DNA of 64,000 bases, from the NCBI GenBank assembly GCA_013239625.1, contig MU054323.1, positions 5,755,220 through 5,819,219 of the forward strand. Reading direction: 5' to 3'. The DNA comes from Lama guanicoe. Taxonomy: Eukaryota. Under the pieces are notes generated by a model. It ran no database searches. It saw only the letters and a program-made list of their open reading frames with translations, and had not been told where the DNA came from. The translations under genes were made by a program, and so were the position numbers. Position 1 is the stretch's first letter. Each line of letters starts with the position of its first letter. This document shows positions 58,615 to 64,000 of this stretch, in pieces.

Positions 58615-59584
58615 AACATCCCGCACAGAGCCCGGCGTCCGCCCAGAGGGCCTTCCAGGCTGTGCAGACTCTCCCGCAGGGACCACAGGGCCTGTCCTCC
58701 TCTCCCAAGTGGAAGTGGTGACCTCCTCACTTTAGGGAGCAGGGCCCCCCACTTGTGCCAGAGGAAAGTTTATGCCACAGCAGAGGAGCCCCTCCAGCCT
58801 CAGGCCGCTCCCAGGCCGGAGTTCACAGCGGATCCCCAGACTGGGAGGAGGGGAGGCCACCAAACTGCCCTCTGCCTTGGTTAGGTCAGTAACCGGCCAG
58901 GAAAGCTGTGTGTCCTGCCCCAAACTGAGCCTTCTGCAAGGTCTCCGGGCTGCTTTGCCAAGAGCACTCTCATCTTTCCAACAGGGACTGCACAGGGAGC
59001 ACTCTCCCGCCCCCTGCAGCACCCTGAGGGCCTCCCTCAGCCTCCAGCCCCTACCCCACTGAGCAAGCAGAGTCGCATCACGTGCCCCACCCAGCCCATG
59101 GGGACACACTCTTATTCATCTCTGTATCCTCAGCACCACACACAGTAACCGTCTGTTGAATTCATATAAGAAGAAATAAAACAGTATTTGCTGTAACAAA
59201 AGATGTTCCTCGACACAAAGAGGATCTGTTTTGCCAGAATCCCCAGGACACTCTGTGCCCAGTGATTTACGTTCAGTCTCATCCTTTCCCCCTCTCCTCT
59301 CCACCCTGGTTTGCCCTCAGTGAAACCTAGCTCCTTGAGGATGAAGGCCATGTCCACTTCATCTCTGGGTCAGAGCCTCCAGAAGAATGTGGAGAAAATC
59401 CTTTAGTGAAGGAGGGAAGGAGAAATGTTTGAAGAGAGAATGGAGAGAGAGAGAGGAAGGACCTATTATTCTCGTCCAATCAAAGCTGGCATTCAATTCA
59501 CGCCCACTCCGATCAGCCTGTTCAGTCATGCTATCATCAGAGAGCCAGGGGTGCTCTTACTCTAACTTAATTAATCAGTGCTAA

Positions 59585-60032
59585 CAGATTTATTGAAGTA
59601 TAATTCACATACCATACAATTCACCCGTTTAAAGTGCAATTCAATGATTTTTACTATATTCAAAGAGTTGTACATTCATCACCATCACCATTTTCATGAC
59701 CCCAAATAGAAACTCCACACCCACTCACAAACATGCCTCATTTCCCCCAAGTCCCCCAGCCCTAGGCAACCACCAGTCTACTTTCTGTCTCTACCGATGT
59801 GCCCATTGTGGACATTTCATACGAATGGAATCAAATAATATGTGGTCTTGAGTGACTGGCTTCTTGCACTTGGCCTAGTGCTCTCAAGGTCCATCAATGT
59901 CATAGCATGTGTCCATACTCCATTTCTTTTTATTGCCTAATAATATTCAATGGGATGACTATATATATTTTATTTATCCACTTATCAGTGATGGACATTT
60001 CGGCTGTTTCCACTTTGGGCTAATAGGAATCA
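59585..60032 (-). mobile_element. L1 3' end (L1MB-like)
   Basis: 'ttattgaagtataattcacataccatacaattcacccgtttaaagtg...ccctaggcaaccacc...gatggacattt...tccactttgggctaata'. Confidence 0.92.
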
Positions 60033-60599
60033 TTTTATTTTTACAATAATAAAAAAAAACACTTGATGTTTTCCCTGCCTCCAAAGAGGATATGAGGTCA
60101 TTTACTCTAAAAATGGCAAAGACACAATCAAATCCAAGACTATTCACATATTACTGCTTAATTTTGAGCTTTCTCTGTGTGTCAGGCAGGGTGCTAGGTA
60201 CTTTCACAAAACATTGTCTGTTTTTAACAAAAAAAATTTGAGCTAATTTTTGCATGATAATTGAGTCCCAATTTAGCTTTAAGCTTTTTAACACCAAAGG
60301 CAAAAAGAGAGGCATGAAGAAATGTGCATTATATAGTTGTTCCACTGGCATCACTGTTGGGCTGGAAACAGCTCTCTAATTCACTCTTCTCCAAGAATTA
60401 GGAGAGCAGAGCTGCTCTCAGGGTTTCAGTCAAGCTTGGAGCCTTATTGCCCCCAACACTGGCTTCTCCCCAGGTACTCAGTTAACCACTGACAACACGG
60501 ATACCACTATCTGGTTTGCCCAGCACTTGCATACCCAACACCTCTTTTAACCCAGCGGGGTAGAACCTGTGTGGTATTCCTAGCTCTATTCTGCAGGTC

Positions 60600-61592
60600 T
60601 TCAGTGTTTCTTCAACAAATACTTGTTATAGTTGAATACTGTGGGTCCAGGTGAACAAGGCAGATACTGCACTGCCCCTCCCAGAACTCACAGCCCCAGG
60701 AAGGAACCTAGACAAGTAGGCAACTAAGTAATTACAAAAGGTGAAGTTCTGGGAATAAAACTAAGAGAGGAGCAGAGATGGAGAACAGCAAAGCGGGCAG
60801 AGAATATACTCACCTGAGAGGTCAGGAGAGACCTCCCTAAAGATGTGGTTTTCAGGGGCAAACTTAAGAAGGCACCAGACACGTGGTCAGAGGGAGACAG
60901 TGTTTCCTGCAGAGGGAACAGCAAGAGCTCTGGGGAGGAAAAGAGGCTGGTGTGGTCCGGGAACAGGGGGAAGCCATTGCAGCTGGAATGCAGGGACAGG
61001 GGAAGAGGCACCAGACAGGGCTGCAGAGATCCCCAGGGGCAGGTCAGGAAGGGCCTTACAAGTCAAGATAAGGAGTTTGGATTTTATTTTCTGTGCAGCT
61101 GGATTCAGTGTAAAGTTTTGGAAAGGGGAGTGATGCAATCCAATTTAGGTTCCGAAAAGATTGCTGTGTGGAGGATGAACTGAAGAGCAAGAGAAGGGGC
61201 AGGAAGCCCTGCTGGGAGGCTCTAGGGTGGTCCAGGCAGGGATGCCTGTCACGGACAAGGCGACAAGAGCCACACTGAAGAGAAGGCAAAGGAAGGGGGA
61301 TACATCACATGTGCTCCAAGATTTTGGTTTGTGGAACTCAGTAAATGACAGTGCCATCTACTGAGGTGGGAAAGAGGAGAAAAGAAATGGGTTTGGAGAA
61401 ACATCAAGAGTTCTGTGAGAGACAAGGTTAGTTTAAGATGCTTGTGTAACCCCCACCTGGAAAGGTCAAGCCAGCAATTGGATAGGAGCCTGGAGCCCTG
61501 AGCCTGAGGCCTTCCTAGAGATGCAAATTAGGGACTGTCAGGATAGAGGTGACATTTCAAGGCATGGGTATGGATGAGCTCACCTGGGGAGA
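60600..61592 (-). mobile_element. LINE-2 (L2a-like), about 1 kb
   Basis: 'ttcaacaaatactt...cagagggaacagcaag...aaggagtttggattttatt...ccatctactgaggtgggaaag...ggatgagctcacctgggga'. Confidence 0.85.
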
Positions 61593-62113
61593 GCTTTGAA
61601 GCTTTTGAAGCTTTTCTCTATACTTGTGTTTCCCAGGTGCCAAAACAATAAGTCAACTCTGTCAGTTTAGAAGGGGAAAAAAATTCACACATGATTCTGG
61701 CCATTTGGTCTCATGTAAATGGAAGTTTGATTGAGCAACTTTTCCTCCAGTCAATCACAGGTTGGTTTCTCAGTGTGCATACGCAGATACACAAGCAAAC
61801 CGTGCGCAGCCCCCTGACCAGGTGAGAGCAATGGAGACTGGGGCAGCCGGCCAGACTCGGGACAGCAAGTGGGCTCACCCCCAAAGCGGGGAAACGTGCT
61901 CCTATCAAGGAGCTGGATTGCATGTCAATAAATCATCACCGAGGTAGGAATGTTGTTACAACACAGCCATTACCAACCGGCACCAAGACTGGGATGACAC
62001 TCTCAGGTTTTAAGAAAACAAGAAACTGAAGCTCCGTGTGTCCACACTCAGGCACAAATGGGAAGGAAGAAGCCCAGCCAGTTGTGACCACCCACATACC
62101 CACCCCGCCACAA

Positions 62114-62164
62114 ACACACACACACACACACACATCATCATCATCATCACCATCATCATTATCA
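62114..62164. repeat. Compound (CA)n(CAT)n microsatellite
   Basis: Read directly from the sequence. Confidence 0.92.
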
Positions 62165-62906
62165 CTCCACTGATAGAAGAGCTTTGTTTTATCCAATAAA
62201 AATCTACAGAAAAATTCCCAAGTTTTATTTTTCTAAAAATCAGCCTTCACTAAAAAATTTATTCTGGGTCCATTGAGAAAAGCTGGTACATTTCTGTATT
62301 TCTGAGACACAATCACGTTGTTTTCATGATTTACAGGAAAAGCTGGGTGAAAATAAAAGGCTTCTCAAGAATCCCATTCCAGAGGCAAAGACAACTCCAA
62401 CTTGTGCTGTTTATGAATGGGGTGACTCAGCCTCTTCTCTCAGCCACAGGGCCCCAGCCATCGGGGGAGTGTGGGCGGCAGACACAGTCGAAGTTAGGGG
62501 AGGAGGAATTAGCAAGATTTTTGTTCGGATGTAGCTTTGTCCCAATCATTTCTGAATGTTAAGGGTAATTCAGATATAAAAAAACTGGAGTCAGGAGGAA
62601 AAGACAGATGTCATCCATCACCCAGTCATCAGTTACTGATCATGGCGATGGACCAAGACCCAAGGTAGATGACACCAGAACAAAAGAGAGGAAAACCCAA
62701 TCCTAGTCCCAGAAAAAACAAAGGGCACGTGCCAAGTTCACAGCAAAGCCGGTCTGCGTGCACTTAAGGCCAAATAACTCAGGACTCGAAGTTGTGGGAG
62801 CCTGTGGGAAGACAGGGCTATGCCAAGGCTGTTTGGGGAGCACAAAGCAGAGGAGACCATGAGCTGGGAGGGTCCTGGAGGACTCAGAGAGAGGGCAGAG
62901 GGTGCA

Positions 62907-62925
62907 CCACCAGCAGGGGGAGGGC
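62907..62925 (+). promoter_or_regulatory. CTCF-like motif
   Basis: CACCAGCAGGGGGAGGG, one core mismatch to CCAGCAGGGGGCG. Confidence 0.35.
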
Positions 62926-64000
62926 CCGAGCACAAGTCCAAAGCTGGAAGGTAGGATGTGTCTGGGGGCAGCAGGGAGGCCAGTGTAGGTAGGAAACAGA
63001 GGGGAAGGGCAGGAACCCAACAGCAGAGCCATGAGGTGAGCCCCCGGAGGAAGAGCCAGCTGGAGTAAGGTGGGCTCTCTGTCCTCAGGTGGGATCTCAC
63101 CTGACTTGAGATTTGTATGCACCTCTGACCACTCTGTGATCCCACCAGAAGCCTCACAGCAAGTCCAACCAAACTCTGTCCTGATTCCACATTCACTGCA
63201 AACACACGGACAAGCCAGCTTAATACTGTAACGCAATTTATCAGAACATGCGCCTTGGCCAAGCTTTGAACCATATAGATATTTGGGGGAAAAGAGAAAG
63301 AAGGTCAACAAAGTGCACAGTTCTATCCCAAAATAAAGTACAAGCCCCCTCTCCTCACTCCAGTTCCGCAGGACAACGGGTCCTCATAAAGCCGTGGGAT
63401 TTACTGCCTGCTATTCATCTTTATTTTCAAAGATCATAAGGGGTGCATAAATTGCAGGGTGCAGACCACCTCTGGCTCTATCTGTTTAGTGAAAGGTTTG
63501 TCTCCAAATTAACAAAAACGTGTTATTTTATTTAAAAGCATATCTGAAGGGTGAACTTTCAGGATTCCTGGTTTGAGTGCACATAAAGAGAGACTCAGAA
63601 ATTAAGATAGTGCACGTGGAATTTTATCCACTTGCCTAAATTCTATTTGGAGTACTTACCAGCCCAATTTTGGGCAAATAATTCTCTTTTAAGTAGGCTG
63701 GGTCCAGAAGGAAAGCTGAGGGTGACAAAGTGCCTGTGGGTCACTCTGAGGCCACATGAAAAGGGGAGTGGACCAGGCCGGGCAGGGCTGGGCTGTAGGA
63801 ACCTGATCCAAAGAGGGTGACTGATTCACGGGGTCCAAGGGGCTCGTCAATCCCTGGTGACGTTGATGTTATAAAGTGCCACGGTTTTTTGGAAATGACT
63901 CCCAATGTAATTTCATGGGTCCAGGTTTTTTTCTTTTCCTTGCATCCTTTCTGCCAGGCTAGATGATAAAGCTTGTTGCCCAGTGAAAGTGGAAGAAGGC

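Noticed and set aside
62703..63311. Longest ORFs in the window (202 and 178 aa)
   Set aside because: Two overlapping frames are equally open in a pyrimidine-rich strand. Non-ATG starts, no domain, no protein-like composition.
1..64000. Assigning a host gene symbol
   Set aside because: The layout fits large genes with multi-exon 5'UTRs, but I do not recognise any exon sequence, so a name would be a guess.

Overview
This is eutherian mammalian genomic DNA, probably a camelid. Its young L1 3' tails look cetartiodactyl/camelid-like, and I see no Alu, B1/B2, BovB/Bov-tA, PRE1 or carnivore SINEs. The window reads as intronic or intergenic. I recognise no intact protein-coding exon, rRNA, tRNA or CRISPR array, and the ORF track is consistent with chance ORFs. 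Much of the window is old transposon debris: L2, MIR, L1M, CR1/L3, MaLR/ERVL LTRs with internal pieces, and hAT MERs, plus a few younger L1 tails with readable target-site duplications. The non-repeat part holds a collinear set of minus-strand exon candidates (52941-52649, 39847-39682, 25435-25335, possible last exon 1451-~920). These suggest the multi-exon 5'UTR of an unidentified gene, or a lncRNA. It also holds two clean hairpins (2662-2709, 27792-27844), an ambiguous decayed coding-like block at 22.6-23.3 kb, CTCF-like and MEF2/TATA motifs, and several AT-rich enhancer-like blocks. I cannot show a new biological system from sequence alone; the leads below are hypotheses. Repeat family names come from recalled consensus sequences, and the boundaries of old repeats are approximate.
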